NCBI GenBank assembly: GCA_951406725.2
Contig: OX597836.1
Coordinates: 50,158,001-50,222,000 of the forward strand
Source of the DNA: Octopus vulgaris
Lineage: Eukaryota
Direction of reading: 5' to 3'
DNA length: 64,000 nt
Below, one piece after another: positions 42,371 through 56,885 of this stretch. A program made the translations under genes and the position numbers. Below the pieces are notes generated by a model. It was given only the letters and a program-made list of their open reading frames with translations. It made no database searches and was not told the origin of the DNA. Numbering within the stretch: the stretch's first letter is position 1; each line of letters opens with the position of its first letter.

Positions 42371-43969
42371 AAGTTTTCTAACGAATGCCTTTTCCCATGT
42401 AAATGGTTTCTATGCAGTGGTTCCTCTGTAATCAGAAAGAATTCAAAACACTTTCAAAATAAAAACTAGGACGCAATCACACACACACACACACACACAA
42501 CATACAGCTTTGTGGTTAAGAAGCTCACTTTTTAACCATACAATCTCAGGTTCATCCCTCCTGTGAGGCACCTTGGGCAAGCATCTTTTAGCAAAACTTC
42601 AGATCAACCGAAAGCCACATGAGGTGGAATTTAGTAGAAAGAAATCTAGATGGAAATCCATTGGAAGAATCATTCTCATTCTTGAAAGGAAAACATCATC
42701 AAGTGATTGATTTATCACCACCACCACCACCACCACCACCACCACCACCACCACCACCACCACCACCACCACCACCATCCAAGTCACCTTCATTGAAATT
42801 TCGACATCAACAGGGTATTTTTTATGTATGCATGTATGTTTTGTTTTATGTATGTCTTCTCATGCATAGAGTTGCATATCCAGACAGGCTCAGATATATT
42901 TAATTGATAAACGTCTGGAAAGTTTTACAGATTTTTACAGTTCCAGGAATTGATTGGATATGTTGTCTTGGAATCAGCTTTCTCCTTTCGGGCTCCACTT
43001 CGGATTTCTTTCAAGGTTGTCACCTTTCCGTAACCCTGAATAGGGGCCGATATTGGGTACTGTCAGTTGGAGCCCGGGACTTGTGTCAGGCAGGGTTGTC
43101 ACACCCTGAAGTAACATACATACATACATACATACATACATACATACATACATACACACACACATACATATATACATACATACATACATACATGCATGCA
43201 TGCATGCATGCATGCATACATACATACATACATACATACATACATACATACATACATACATAAGTATGCATGTATGTATATATATGCATGCATGCATGTA
43301 TGTATATATGTATGTATGTATGTGTATGTATACATATAGGTAGGTATGTGTGTGCTTGTGTGTGTACATATATATGTATGCATGCATGTGTGTATGCATG
43401 TATGTTATTCAGTTTTATTTCCAGAATATCTTGCCAATCGAGAAAGAGCTGGTTTCTAACCTAGACCCAAGGCTCTTTCATTGGAATTTCAACATCAACA
43501 TACATGTGCATGTATGTATATATGTACATATATGCATGTGTGAATATCTGCATAAATGTATGTATTTGTGTGTGTGTGTGTGTGTGTGTGTGGTGTATGA
43601 ATGTATGTGTTTATACATATATCTTCTTCATCATCATCATCATCATCTGATGATGATGATATATATGCATGTTTGTGTATGTGAGTATGTATATGTGTAT
43701 GTGAGTGTATATGTATGTTTGTGTGTGTCTATATATATATATGTGTGTGTGTGTGTGTGAGAGAGAGTATGTATATATGTATATTTGTATGTATGTATAC
43801 ATGTCTGTACTATTTGTATGTATAAATGAAATGTCAGCTTCCAAATAAAATATATTATATACATGTGTGTGTGTAGAAAGGTGTGTATATAAATCTCCCT
43901 TGTTCCGTACATTTACATGTAGACACATATTCATGTATGAAACGAGGGAAGCCAGTGCATAAATATTCA

Positions 43970-44102
<133 letters not shown>

Positions 44103-44319
44103 GTGTGAAGAATGTGAACAGAGATAGGGGTTTTAGAGATGGAAATAATTGGTGGCATAGAGGCATGTGTGGTGGTTGTGAGCCAGTGTGTGTGTGTGTG
44201 TGTTTGTGTGCCGAGCAGAGGAAGATACTGGAAGGTGAGATAGTGTAGGGGTGAAATTGTCTATGCGAATGTTTATATATATAAGTTTATATGTAAATAT
44301 ATTTATATACACACAAACA

Positions 44320-44529
<210 letters not shown>

Positions 44530-44939
44530 CATACATATATAAATGTGTGTGTATGTATATGTATGTATATATGATTTATATATATATATATATAATATAT
44601 GTGTGTGGAGAGAGGGGTGAAGAGTGGAGTTAGAGAGGGGAGTTGAAGGAGGAGGGGTGGGTATAGTAAAGATGTTGAAGCTGAACCCAAAGTATTTAAA
44701 ATCACATCAGAAAACATAAAGTAAAACAGTGTGGAAACTGTATTTTATTATTTCAGCTTAGATAAATATTTTGACAGGAATTTCATGAATCTTACCTAAT
44801 AACCTATTCCCTAATTTAGCTGGTCCCTATTGTTACCTAATAACTGTAGTTATAGCTAACTCCTTCCTCTGCAGTTAACTAATAACATTTTTCTATACCT
44901 ATTTGAAAATATTTCACTCCTGTTATAGAAGTTGATGTA

Positions 44940-45090
44940 TACCAGCAACTGAAGGGAATAGCTATGGGTTTGCCATTGGAACCAATACTAGCTAACAGCA
45001 ATATGAAATCTTCTCAGGACACATCTTACAAGAGTAATACATAGAAATCTAAAATTTACTTTGGCTTTGTTACATGGATAACATCTCCAT
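44940..45090 (+). pseudogene. Decayed Penelope-like reverse transcriptase fragment
   Basis: YQQLKGIAMGLPLEPILANSNM...WLCYMDNIS matches the PLE RT motifs Y.Q..G.AMGSP..P.LAN.FM and W.RYVDD. Confidence 0.7.
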
Positions 45091-45169
45091 TTTCAAACTC
45101 CAATGGGATAAGATGTAGGTGTAGCTCTATTATATAATGACAAGGTACCAGCGCCAACTACCTGGATGC

Positions 45170-45255
45170 ATGCAAAACATGGACTTTCACAGCAGAGATT
45201 CAGAGGAAACAAGATGCTGCCACAATATCTAAAAGTATTTTGAACTTGGGCCACT
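45170..45255 (+). pseudogene. Short decayed RTE fragment
   Basis: CKTWTFTAEIQRKQDAATISKSILNLG resembles Y.CETWT......LD.....LRRILNI.W. Confidence 0.45.
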
Positions 45256-45959
45256 CCATGAATGAGTGGATTTGCGAAACCATCCAACATCACATTTGGC
45301 CCACATGAAGATCTCTACAATCTGATGAAAAAATGAAATTCAAGATGGTATGGCTGTATAACAAGATCCAGAAGCCTCAAGAAAAAAAAAGACAAATCAT
45401 TCTTCAAGGAACTGTAGCAGCAGAAAGAAAGAGAAACAAACAGGATAAGATTCTCCATGTCTCCTGTGCCATTACGTGCCCCTCCTCCTCCTTCTATCTC
45501 TCTCACCTCTCCACCCCAGGCTCATCAACTTCACCAGCATCCTTGTTCATCACTTCTAACTCTTTCTCTAAACAGCCAGAGAAATCATGCCAAAGCTTTT
45601 ATTAGGGTCTGATATGGTCCTGCAGCTTGTCAGATCTGTGAAATCATCAAAGGATGATTCCAGCACAAAAAAAAACAGACATTAAATGATGGTGATGAGG
45701 GTGATGATGGTGATGATGGTGATGATGGTGATGATGGTGATGATGGTGATGACAACAATGACGATGATGATGCTGTTGCCACAGATGCCACTGCCAATGG
45801 TGCTTACAACATCAAGAAATGGATGGGGAAATTATTACTCTGGACTCTGGAACACAACCATGGCAGCTGGAGAAAACTAGTGTTGAGTTTTCCATCACAA
45901 CTCCATAGAGAGTTGAGGACCAAAAACATGACTAAACTAGCAAAGGGAGGTAGAATGAC

Positions 45960-46840
45960 GGAGCCACTGCGTGATCTTCAACTTGCAATGTATGGAACAA
46001 TGGTTGGAGGAACAATACTGAAAATGGTAAACAAATGTGTCTACCTGAGCAGCACACTCAGCCGTTCTTACTCCCAGGCTGCAGGGGACAACTGATTCCT
46101 TCCGGTCTCCTCAGTCTTGTGTCTGGTCCCAACATCACAAGGCAAACAAAAGTTGCTGTGTACCGTGCATGTGTACTGACATCGCTTCATTACTCATGTG
46201 AGGGATGGACCCTTTGCAAACGACATGTAAGGGTCCTTGAACACTTTCATCAGAGATGTCTGAGACACATTCTCAATGTTGGCTGGACCTTAAAAACTCT
46301 AGACACACAGGTCCTGAGGACAGCTGGTATCTTGAGTATTGAGGTGATGGTGCACAGGCACTGGTTACGTTGGACTGGACACCTTATTAGAATGAAGGAT
46401 AGCAGGATTCCTAAGCAGATGCTTTATGGAGAACTTGTGAATGGAAGGAGATTCCGGCAGAAACCAAGGCTGCGATTTAAGGACTGTGTCAAGTCCTCAT
46501 TAAAGACCAGTGATATGCAGGGGACTGACTGGGAGAGCAATGCCTGTCATTGCCACAGATGGAGGAAGCAGGTTAAGGATGGGGATCGACACTTTTGTGA
46601 GAGCACGTATCCAGCATGAAGAACTTAAGTCTGCTGCTGGAAAGCACACTGCTGGTGTAATGAATGGGGAAAGCTTGGTCTGCAATGTTTGCAGTCGTGT
46701 AAGCTTGTCAATAGCAGGGCTCTTTAGCCACCAACGGAGCCGCAAATGCAAAATATAAGTTAGTCCTAGAGGGCACAATGTTCCTGAAGGTCAACAATGG
46801 TCATCACAAGTGGATGGTCATCACAAGTGGATGGCCATCA
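45960..46840 (+). mobile_element. RTE (BovB-like) LINE 3' fragment with terminal zinc-finger-like motif and 17-bp tandem tail
   Basis: TKVAVYRACVLTSLHYSCEGWT...LRWTGHLIRMKDSRIPKQMLYGEL...RLRFKDCVK, then CNVCSR...GLFSHQRS in a shifted frame, then (atggtcatcacaagtgg) x2.5. Confidence 0.92.
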
Positions 46841-47007
46841 TGTATGTATGTATGTATGTATGTATGTATGTATGCATGTATGTATGTATGTATGCATGTA
46901 TGTATGTATGTATGCATGTATGTGAGTGCCTGTGTATATATACATTCATTAAAAAATCTTAGAGATTTGTTGCTATTTGATACAGATGCACAATTATACA
47001 GAGATTG

Positions 47008-47093
<86 letters not shown>

Positions 47094-47790
47094 TGTAAAG
47101 GGGAGGTATTTGGCAAAGAAGTCAATGCTATGAATTTGAGAAGACAAGATGGATTACAGATTGCTAAATACAAACACTCCTTAACCTACAGTATATATAT
47201 ATATACATACACACATGTAACATGTGGTTTGGGTGATGCACTCATGATTGCGAGGTCATGGGTTCGATTCCCAGACTGGGCATTGTATTGTGTTCTTGAG
47301 CAAAGCACTTCATTTCACGTTGCTCAGCAATCATTTCGTAATTTGACAGGTGAGATGTTGTGCACCTGTACAGATTATTCTGTCAAACCTAAAGCTTCTT
47401 TATTTAAACTGCTCTCCCTTAAACCTGCATTATCCCATAGCTTTGAGACTTCAACAAAGTGACTGAATTTTTTTTTTTAATGACATTGTATGGTAGGTTT
47501 GAGAGGCTGGATCTGGCCAGGTTGCACATAAAACATGTGGAATATATAGTTCTGATATAAATGGTTTAAATGGTAAAGTCATGAAATTCTCACCCACTTC
47601 CATTGTAATATAATGAAGGGTTCCATTCGGTAAAGAACTCAACACTTCATTCAATGAAACTAAAGCAAAACTCATTCCTTCCTTCAGGTCTTCTGTATTA
47701 TGGCATATTCGAAGCCAATAAAAGAATAAAAGAATTACAGAAACTTGAAAATACAAGCTGTTGTTGTTGTTATTATTATTATTATTATTA

Positions 47791-48186
47791 TGTTTTTTCC
47801 TTCTTTCTTCAAATTTTCTTCCGTTTCTTGCCGAGTGTTTTCCATACACCTGGAGCAGAGAAGGGCATTGTATGCATTCCCAGATTACACACGCAAGTTC
47901 ACAGGTAAAATATGTATTTAAAAAATCAATAAATAAATAAATTCATGAATGGATGTTGTTTTCACAGTGATAATGCTCTTCTCAGTACATGAGCCGTTCC
48001 AGTTAACACGATTTTTTGCACTTCCTGTAGGGATGGTAAGCCTGGAATCATTTTCAAATAGGTTTCAGTACCTTTTTTTATCATTTCTAGAGATCCTACA
48101 ATCACTGGTACTGTAGTCGCCTTGAGATGCCACATTTTTTCAATTTCTATCAGCAGGTCTTTATATTTACTAATCTTGTCAAGTTC

Positions 48187-48187
<1 letters not shown>
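47791..48187 (-). mobile_element. R4/Dong-type RLE non-LTR retrotransposon 3' end in (TAA)n
   Basis: 48186-47962 translates ELDKISKYKDLLIEIEKMWHLKATTVPVIVGSLEMIKKGTETYLKMIPGLPSLQEVQKIVLTGTAHVLRRALSL*. (TTA)n lies on both flanks. Confidence 0.85.
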
Positions 48188-48217
<30 letters not shown>

Positions 48218-48659
48218 CATGGAGGCTGTTTTTCTTTTTTACTTTAGAAATGTCTTTGGATCAAATAACAGAAGATTCTGTGTTTTGGTAATTAGTGCAG
48301 AGAATGGGAAAGAAACAGAAGTGGCGCTGTCGGAATGGATTCGCTAAACATTATGAATGCATACATACAATTGTTACAAAACTGATTTTTTGATAAACAT
48401 ATGTACCAGAATGAAAAGGTGTGTGTGGGGGGGGGGGGTAAGTATTTATGTATGCAAGTATTTATGAATGGCCTTATGTATGAGCTAATTAAAATATTAA
48501 TGAGGCTCTGAATATAAAAGATGTGTGTGTGTGTATTAAATGATGACATAAATAGATAAGAACAAAGGAATTCCTCTTTGTTTATGCACATTCTTAGTAT
48601 TTCTGTGTGTGTGAGGAAATGCATATATGTGTGTATGTATGTGTATATCTATCTACCTT

Positions 48660-48893
<234 letters not shown>

Positions 48894-49497
48894 GTGGATG
48901 TGTTAACATGGTGAAAGGATGATTGCATCCAAGGAAGTATTGGTTCAATACTTAATATTTTGGGGGAATGAAATTCCTTTAAAACAATAGGTATATATTG
49001 AGTATATAGCATACATCCATTTAAAAGAAGAAACGAAAATGGAAATACGGAAGTTAATAATTGTTTATTATTAACAAATTGATCATCTTTGCTTCTTACA
49101 GCTGTCTCAATTAATACTCTATAACTTAATTACAAATTTGTAAATTAAATTTACATTTATGTGACATGAGTATATTTCATCAGAGAAAAAAAAGGTTGTA
49201 GCTTTGGATGTTGAATGTGGGCTTATCACTTCATCTCAGCAGACTCATATATATACACGTGTACGTATATATGCACACATACATACATATGTATATATGT
49301 ATGTTTGCGTGTGTGTATGCATATATACATGTACACCAGTCTATGACTGTGTATTGATTTGAAAACCCCAGAGTTTTACTGGATTGTTCAAAATTCCATC
49401 TGACCCTTTACTGTGGAGTTAATAAAATCAAAAATGAAGAATGCGCATGTTTGAAATTCAGAATATAAAATGATGAGGATTTACCCATCGCACCCTC

Positions 49498-49534
<37 letters not shown>

Positions 49535-49724
49535 ACATGTGTGGCCCAAATAAAGCATCCAGTATTCTCTGTAAAGTAGGAAAGGCATCCAACTCCAGAA
49601 ACCCTGCCAAATCAGACACTGGAACATGATGCAAGCCTTGGATCCTTGTCAAACCATCTAACAACCCATACTAGCAAGGAACATGGATGTTAAATGATAA
49701 TGATGATGATGATGATGATGGTTA

Positions 49725-49755
<31 letters not shown>

Positions 49756-50490
49756 ATATATGTTCTTTTTTTCCTTTTTTATTTTCTCCATTTTGATTTA
49801 TTTATTTTAATGCATTCCTTTTAATTTATAACTATTTCAATTTTTTAATAAGTAATTTATTGCCTGAATGTCTTCCACCTTCACTATGCGTTAGCAACTT
49901 TACACACTTGAATCAAACTCTACTCATTTTATATTGACTTAATAAGAACAGATACAATAGCACAAGATGACATTTTTACCAGAGCTTTCTTATACTTAAC
50001 ACTCCAGATGAATATATTGTTTTACAACTCTATTATACACAACCTTACTCCCCAGCTAAGGGCTCTACCACTGTGTATACCGTGTTCTTGATGTATACAT
50101 TTTTATTAGTTAATGGTTCCTCAATAGGAGGAAATTGAACACTTACTTTGTATATTTTATTTACCGCTGAAGAGATTCGACTTTCAAATAATTTTTAATT
50201 TAATTAATTCATTTTCTGAGAACCTGATCAATAACAGCTGTAAGGGATGTTTGTCAATTTTTTTTAATTAATAAATAATAATTCATTAATTACCTTTCTA
50301 TTTTCTCATCTTAATAATATAATAGATAAAAAATATATAAACCACGTAGTTACCTTGCATTAAATATAATGTTCAATAATTTTTGTACCAGGACTTTCAT
50401 AGGATTTTGCTATCCCTGAATGGGGTTTGTAACTTTTAATGGTGCTCATATATGTATCTTGGAGCAATCTTTCTGGCTCTGTTTATGCAT

Positions 50491-50878
50491 TATATATACT
50501 TCTTAAAAATAAAGATGCTGGACAATAAGAAAATGAGAAAAAAAATGTGTTAAAACATGAAGAAGGTTAGTGCAACACACTGCTTAATTGAAGATCTGAA
50601 ATTTTTAGCAGGTGTAGACACATGGACAGGTTTCTTTTATCGAATTGGAAGACACCACCCACTCTGGATCAAGTTGTTGTCTTGCAGATTTTAACACATT
50701 TTCTGTTCCTTTGTTCTAAATCAGTTGTATTTAACGAGGTTTCTGCAATCAGGGAAAACAAGGGTCTTAGTTTTCCTGATTTCATCACTTTTTTCTCATT
50801 CCACTTTTTGCACCAACCTTCTTCATGTTTTTTCTTATTTTCTCACTGTTCAGCATCGTTGTTTTTAAAATATATATA
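50491..50878. mobile_element. TA-flanked (Tc1/mariner-like) MITE with ~80-90 bp imperfect TIRs
   Basis: ttaaaaataaagatgctggacaataagaaaat...aaaacatgaagaaggttagtgcaa versus ttgcaccaaccttcttcatgtttt...attttctcactgttcagcatcgttgtttttaa. Confidence 0.65.
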
Positions 50879-51104
50879 AACACATAAACAGAGCCTGAAA
50901 GATTGCTTCAAGATATAGGGCATATTTTGTAAATGTGCCTGATCAAGTATCTTAAAAGTACGAAACTATTAGCAGATCTTTCGGTTGTGGATTTAAATTG
51001 ATCTTTATCTCTCACTGGATGGAAGAGTACTTTTTGGGTTGATTCTCCCTCTATTGGATCTGTCAACTGTATGTGTGTGCATGTGTGTGTGTGTTCGTAT
51101 GTGT

Positions 51105-51440
51105 GAAGGTGCATGGCTCAGTGGTTAGAGCATCGAGCTCACAATCATGAGGTTATGAGTTCAATTCCCAGCCCAGGCTGTGTGTTGTGTTCTTGAGCCA
51201 GACATTTTATCTCACGCTGCTCCAGTTCACTCAGCTGTAGAAATGAGTTGTGACATCACTGGTACCAAGCTGTATTGGTCCCTTTGCCTGTCCTTTGGAT
51301 AACATTGGTGGCATGGAAGGGGAAGGAGCTGGTATGCATGGCTGACTGCTGGTCTTCCATAAACAACCTTGCCTGAACTTGTGCCTCAGAGGGTAACTTT
51401 TTAGGTGCAATCCCTTGGTCATTCATGACTGAAGGGGGTT
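51105..51440 (+). mobile_element. SINE family C directly abutting an RTE fragment
   Basis: Colinear with 22216-22555. Confidence 0.85.
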
Positions 51441-53191
51441 GCAGAGGGAGTTATAACCCATCTAATCAGGGAGAGAGTTAGTCTAGATGAGATGCAATTT
51501 GGCTTTGAGCCAGGTAGAAGCACCACTGATGCTATATTTCTGGTAAGGCAGCTGCAGGAGAAATACATAGCCAAAGGTAAACCTCTGTACTTGGCCTTTG
51601 TTTACTTGGAGAAAGCCTTTGACAGGGTCCTCCAATCACTTATTTGGTGGCCAATGTGGAAACTAGGGATAGACAAGTGGTTGGTGAGAGCTGTACAAGG
51701 ACGCTACCAGTAAGGTGAGGGTGGGCAATGAGTACAGCAAAGAATTCAGAATATAAGTAGGGGTTCACAAGTAGGGGCTCAGCCCCCTCTTGTTCATCAC
51801 AGTCCTCCAGGCAATAACGGAAGAATTCAAGACAGGCTGTTCCTGGAGCTCCTCTATGCTGTTGACTATCCTCTTATAGCTGAATCACCACCTGAGCTAG
51901 AGAAGAAGTTCCACGTATGGAAACAAGGTTTAGAATCAAAGAGTTAACCTAGCAAAAACCAAATTCATAGTAAGTAGGAAGGCAGACAAATCACAAATCC
52001 CTTCAGGTAGATGGCCCTGCTCAATCTGTAGAAAAGGTGTAGGTAGAAACTCCATAAGATGCACCCAGTGTTAGCTTTGGACATACTGAAGGTGCAGCAA
52101 CATCAAAGGAGGATTAACAACGGAGAAACTAACTTTTATATGTGGAAGGTGCACAGGCATAATAAATGCTGAACAAGTGCAGATGACTCCATCAACTGCC
52201 AGGGGGTCAAGCAAAAGGTAGCAGATAGCTTCTGGTATCTAAGTAGTTGAGGTAATTGTTCTGAGAATGTAGCTGTGAGAATAAGAATAGGCTGGGCAAA
52301 GTTCAGAGAGCTCCTACTCCAGTTGGCAACAAAGGGCCTCTCTCAGAGTGAAAGGCAGATTGTTTGATGCCTGTGTGCGAACAGCTGTGCTGCATGGCAG
52401 TAAAATATGGGCTAAAACAGCCGAGGACATGCGTAGGCTTGAAAGAAATGAAGCCAGTATGCTTTGCTGGATGTGCAATGTCAGTGTGCATGTTTGACCA
52501 AGTGTAAACATCTTCAGAGAAAAGTTGAGCATAAGAGACATCAGATGTGGTGCGCAAGAGAGGCGACTGCATTGGTATGATCATGTGAAGTGTATGGACG
52601 AGGACAGCTGTGTAAAGAAGTACCAATCTTTAACTGTGGAGGGACCCTGTGGTAGAGGTAGACCCAAGAAGACATGGGGTGAAGTGGTGAAGTATGATAT
52701 TTGAACTTTGAGCCTCACAGAGACAATGATTGGTGACTGAGACCTTTGGTGATGTGCTCTGCTGAAGAGGATCCATCAAGCCAAGGGGCCCTGTGCTGGT
52801 GGCACAAAAGAAAATCAACCTTGAACGTTGAAGTGGCTGAGTTCCTTTTGAGTGTTGGGCCTCATGGAGGCAAGTGACTGAGTTCCTTTCGAGCATTGGG
52901 CCTCATGGAGGCATAATGGCTGAGTTCCTTTCGAGTGTCGTGGCATTATGTCATGCTCGTGAAGAAGACCCATCAAGCCAAGCAAAATTGCAGTTGTGAC
53001 AGATATTGGTGTCACGTAAAAACATCCATTACACTCTCGGAGTGGTTGGTATTAGGAAGGGCATCCAGCTGTAGAAACCATGCCAAGTCAGCCTGGAGTC
53101 TGGTGCTGCCTCCCAGCTTACCAGCCCTGTTCAAACCGTCCAACCCATGCCAGTATGGACAAGGGACATTAAATGATGATGATGATGATGA
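51441..53191 (+). mobile_element. RTE-clade LINE, 5'-truncated and decayed (RT, C-terminus, 3' UTR, (GAT)n)
   Basis: MQFGFEPGRSTTDAIFLVRQLQEKY...LYLAFVYLEKAFDRV, ELLYAVD (decayed YADD motif), and multiple stops and frameshifts. Confidence 0.93.
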
Positions 53192-53469
53192 TATATATAT
53201 CATCATCAGGACCTGGCACCAATCCTGCTTCTCCTCACTTCAAAGATTTGAGCAAAGTTGACCCCAACATCGGGATCCACTTCATGCAGGCATTGTGGTT
53301 TTGTGGAAAGAAGCAAAGCAGGCTTTGCCATCGACTGAAGAAAACACGTAGTAAATGATCCAGAAGCCCTCAAGCAAACTGAGTCCTCAACACTTGTTCC
53401 ATTTGCCAAAAGGTTTGCAAGGCACCAACAATCCTCAAGGGACACATGTATATATATATATATATATAC

Positions 53470-53768
53470 CATGATCACTGTAACCGACCAGGTTATCAGA
53501 TGTTGCTACACATCGCTGGTCACAATGTGCTTCGCATTATTTTAGCCTTCAAATGACGCCACCCCGCTGGTTAAGTGAGCAGGCCAACAGAAGAAAGAGT
53601 GAGAAAAAGTTGTGGTGAAAGAGTACAGCAGGGATCGCTACCACCCCCTGCTGGAGTCACATGAAGCTTTAGGTGTTTTCGCTCAATAAACACTCACAAT
53701 GCCTGGTCTGGAAATCAAAACCACAATCCTACAATCCTACGTGCCCTAACCACTGGGCCATTGCGCCT

Positions 53769-53770
<2 letters not shown>
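53470..53770 (-). mobile_element. tRNA-headed SINE family D
   Basis: Reverse complement of 59334-59643. A partial copy lies at ~41040-41210. Confidence 0.85.
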
Positions 53771-53807
<37 letters not shown>

Positions 53808-53810
<3 letters not shown>

Positions 53811-54232
53811 TCATCATCATCATCACCATCATCATTTAACGTCTGTTTTCCATGCTGTCATGGGTTGGACGGCTCGACTTGGGTCTGGGAAGCCAAGAGG
53901 CTGCACCAGGCCCCATCTTATCTGGCAGTCTTACTACAGCTGGATGCCCTTCCTAATGCCAACCACTCCAAGAATGTAGTGGGTGCTTTTTACGTGCCAC
54001 CAGCACAGGGGCCAGAGGGGGCTGGCAACAACCACGATCGGTTGATGCTTTTTACGTGCCAGCAGCACAGGGGCCAGAGGGGGCTGGCAACAACCACGAT
54101 CGGTTGATGCTTTTTACGTGCCACCAGCACAGGGGCCAGAGGGGGCTGGCAACAACCACGATCGGTTGATGCTTTTTACGTGCCACCAGCAGGGGGATCA
54201 CAACTACAATTTCCATTTCATTTGATGTTGAT
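53808..54232 (-). mobile_element. RTE 3' UTR fragment containing 3 x 59 bp tandem repeat (~53984-54191)
   Basis: tgctttttacgtgccaccagcacaggggccagagggggctggcaacaaccacgatcggttga repeated. Confidence 0.85.
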
Positions 54233-54442
54233 GTATATACGAGGGAGAGAGAGAGAGACAGACAGACATAGGTGTATATTTTAATGTTTGCTTTAATGTG
54301 AAATTAAATTTAAATACATTTAATATTAAACTGAAGGCTTACTTCATACTTTCTAGAAAAGTAGAGGTTCTTTAATTTTGAAAAGAAAAAAACTGACTTC
54401 AAAGATTTTGCTCGTCATTTACCTGATGGCAGGTAAATTTTA

Positions 54443-54672
54443 TTTCTTTATTGCCCACAAGGGGCTAAACACAGAGGGGACAAACAAGGACAGACAAAGG
54501 GATTAAGTCGATTACATCGACCCAAGTGCGTAACTGGTACTTAATTTATCGACCCCAAAAAGATGAAAGTCAAAGTCAACCTCAGCGGAATTTGAACTCA
54601 GAACGTAACGACAGACAAAATGCCATTAAGCCTTTTGCCCGGCGTGCTAACGTTTCTGCCAGCTTGCCACCT
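54443..54672 (-). mobile_element. SINE family B, full length
   Basis: Colinear with 8722-8953. Confidence 0.85.
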
Positions 54673-56470
54673 TCAAGATGGCTGGTAAATTGGAACTTTG
54701 AAGTCACTGTCAAACCTTTTCCTCATAAAAAATTAATTAATAAATAGGTGTATGTATATATACATATGTATGTATGTATGTGTATGTATGCATGTATGTA
54801 TTTACGTTTGTAGGTAGGTAGGTGTGTGCTTGTGTGTTTGTCTGTGTGCACATGTGTGCATGCACGTGTGTATGTGTGTGTGTGAGTGTGCACGTGTTAG
54901 ACACGTTCCCATGTCCATTTGAAGATGAAGTTTCCCTCCAAGTCAGAAATATTTCTTCTCATATCTGCGAACGGTACATTTTTTTCATATCTCTGCAAAT
55001 CCATTTTTCATTTCTTATGAAATATATTTTTCTAAATAAATAAACAAACAAAAATTCTTGAAATATTCCAAAAGATTCAATAAAGATAGAAAAAGAACAT
55101 TGAGTGATGGAGTAGTTGTGGTGAGGAAGAAGAAGAAGATGGTGGTGGTGAGGAGGATGAGGCCGACAGTGGGGCAGGTGATGGTACTCCTCTCTCTCTC
55201 TCTCTCATTCTTTCACCTGCCACTGTTTTTTCTCTCTCTCTCTTTCTCTCCTCTTCTCTTTCCCTCTCCTTCTCTCTATCTATCTATCTATATATAGATA
55301 GATAGATAGATATATGCATACATTACCCCCTCTCCCTCTATCTTATCTCTCCTCTTCTCCTTCCCTCTCCCTCCCTTCATCACATTGCCATTTGCCTCAT
55401 TCTCCCTCTCTTTCGTCTCCCCTTCCTCTTCCTCATCTTTAACCTTTATCTTCTCTTTCATCCTCTCTCTTCTTGTACAATTCCTCATCCTTCTCCTCTT
55501 TATATAAAACTTTCCCCTTTCTTAATTTTCTACCTCCTCTTTCTCCCTCTCCCCCTCTCTCTCTCTACTATTTCCCCTCCTCCTATCTCTCTCCTTCTTT
55601 GCTGTCTTCTCCTTTTATTCTCCTTCATTCTCATTACACAAACACACACACATCAACGAAAGGTTGATTTCCCATTACTTGACAGAGACAGAGAAGGGGA
55701 AACCCTCTCTTTCTCTCTCACACACATGCACACACACACACACACGCACACATGCACACAGGCACGTGCGTGCAAAATCAGAGAAAAAGAGAGGTAAATA
55801 GAGAAGTCGAAGGAAACGAAGTTTAAGAAAGGAAAGAGTAAGGAAAGGCCGAGTGACATATATGGAGAGAAGTAGAGAGGCAGAGAGGTAAATGGAGAGT
55901 GTGAGGGAGAGAGAGAGTGAGAGAGAGAGGCAGAGAGGAGGAGGAATAGACTGGAGAATTAATGGTAGAGTTAGACAGAGATGTTGAGAGATTATGAGAG
56001 AGTGGGAGAGAGAGGGAGAGAGAGAGAAATAAGAAAAGTTAAGGTGGAAAGCGAGAGGTAGAAAGAGAGAGAGAGAGAGGGATAAAGAGAAAGAGAGAAA
56101 GGCAAGAAGAACGAAAAGAAGTAGAAGGAAAGGGGAGTAGAAAGAGACGAGGCTGAGGGGAAACTCCATCGCCTCCGCCGCCTCCTCCTCCTCCGTCAGT
56201 TGGAGCCCAGTCAAAAGAGCCAAGCCAACCCTGATCGGATTACGGCAAGTCAAGGGAGACAACTTTTCCTTAAATGGTAATAGTTGCTCTGTTGTAACCT
56301 TGTCTGTTGTTTTCGGGCAGCTTCACAGTAATGGGAGGAGGAGGAGGAGGGAGACAGAGAGAGAGAGAAGGAGAGAGAAGGAGAGCTTATTTACGCACGC
56401 GCGTGTGTGCGCGTCTGTCTTTATTATTATTATTACACACGCGCGTACGCGCGTGCTTCTTGCGTGCGTG

Positions 56471-56513
<43 letters not shown>

Positions 56514-56835
56514 TTGCGTGAGCGAGCTTGTCTATATGTACGTGTGTGTGTGTGTGTGTGTGTATGTGCATGGATGGATAGGATTCTTGTAATATGAGTC
56601 TGTGTGTTTATGTAGTTGTATGTTAATACGTGTTTGAGACAAAGCGTGTGTTTATGTGCATTATTGTATAAGTACGTGTGTATGTGTGCGCGGTTTTGCT
56701 TGTTTCATATACAAATTTATGATTGTGTGTGTGTGTGTGTGTGTGCTTCTAACTTTTAATCAACACCCCACGCTACCTGTCTGTGTGGGGTCGCAGGGAT
56801 GAAGGGTGACGGGGAGGTCATTACATATATATACA

Positions 56836-56885
<50 letters not shown>

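Noticed and set aside
50164-50246. Additional hammerhead (CTGAAGA...acagctgta)
   Set aside because: The GAAA box is missing and stem I is broken; at most a dead relic.
53984-54191. CRISPR-like array
   Set aside because: The units are contiguous and near-identical with no unique spacers, they lie inside an RTE 3' UTR, and there are no cas genes.
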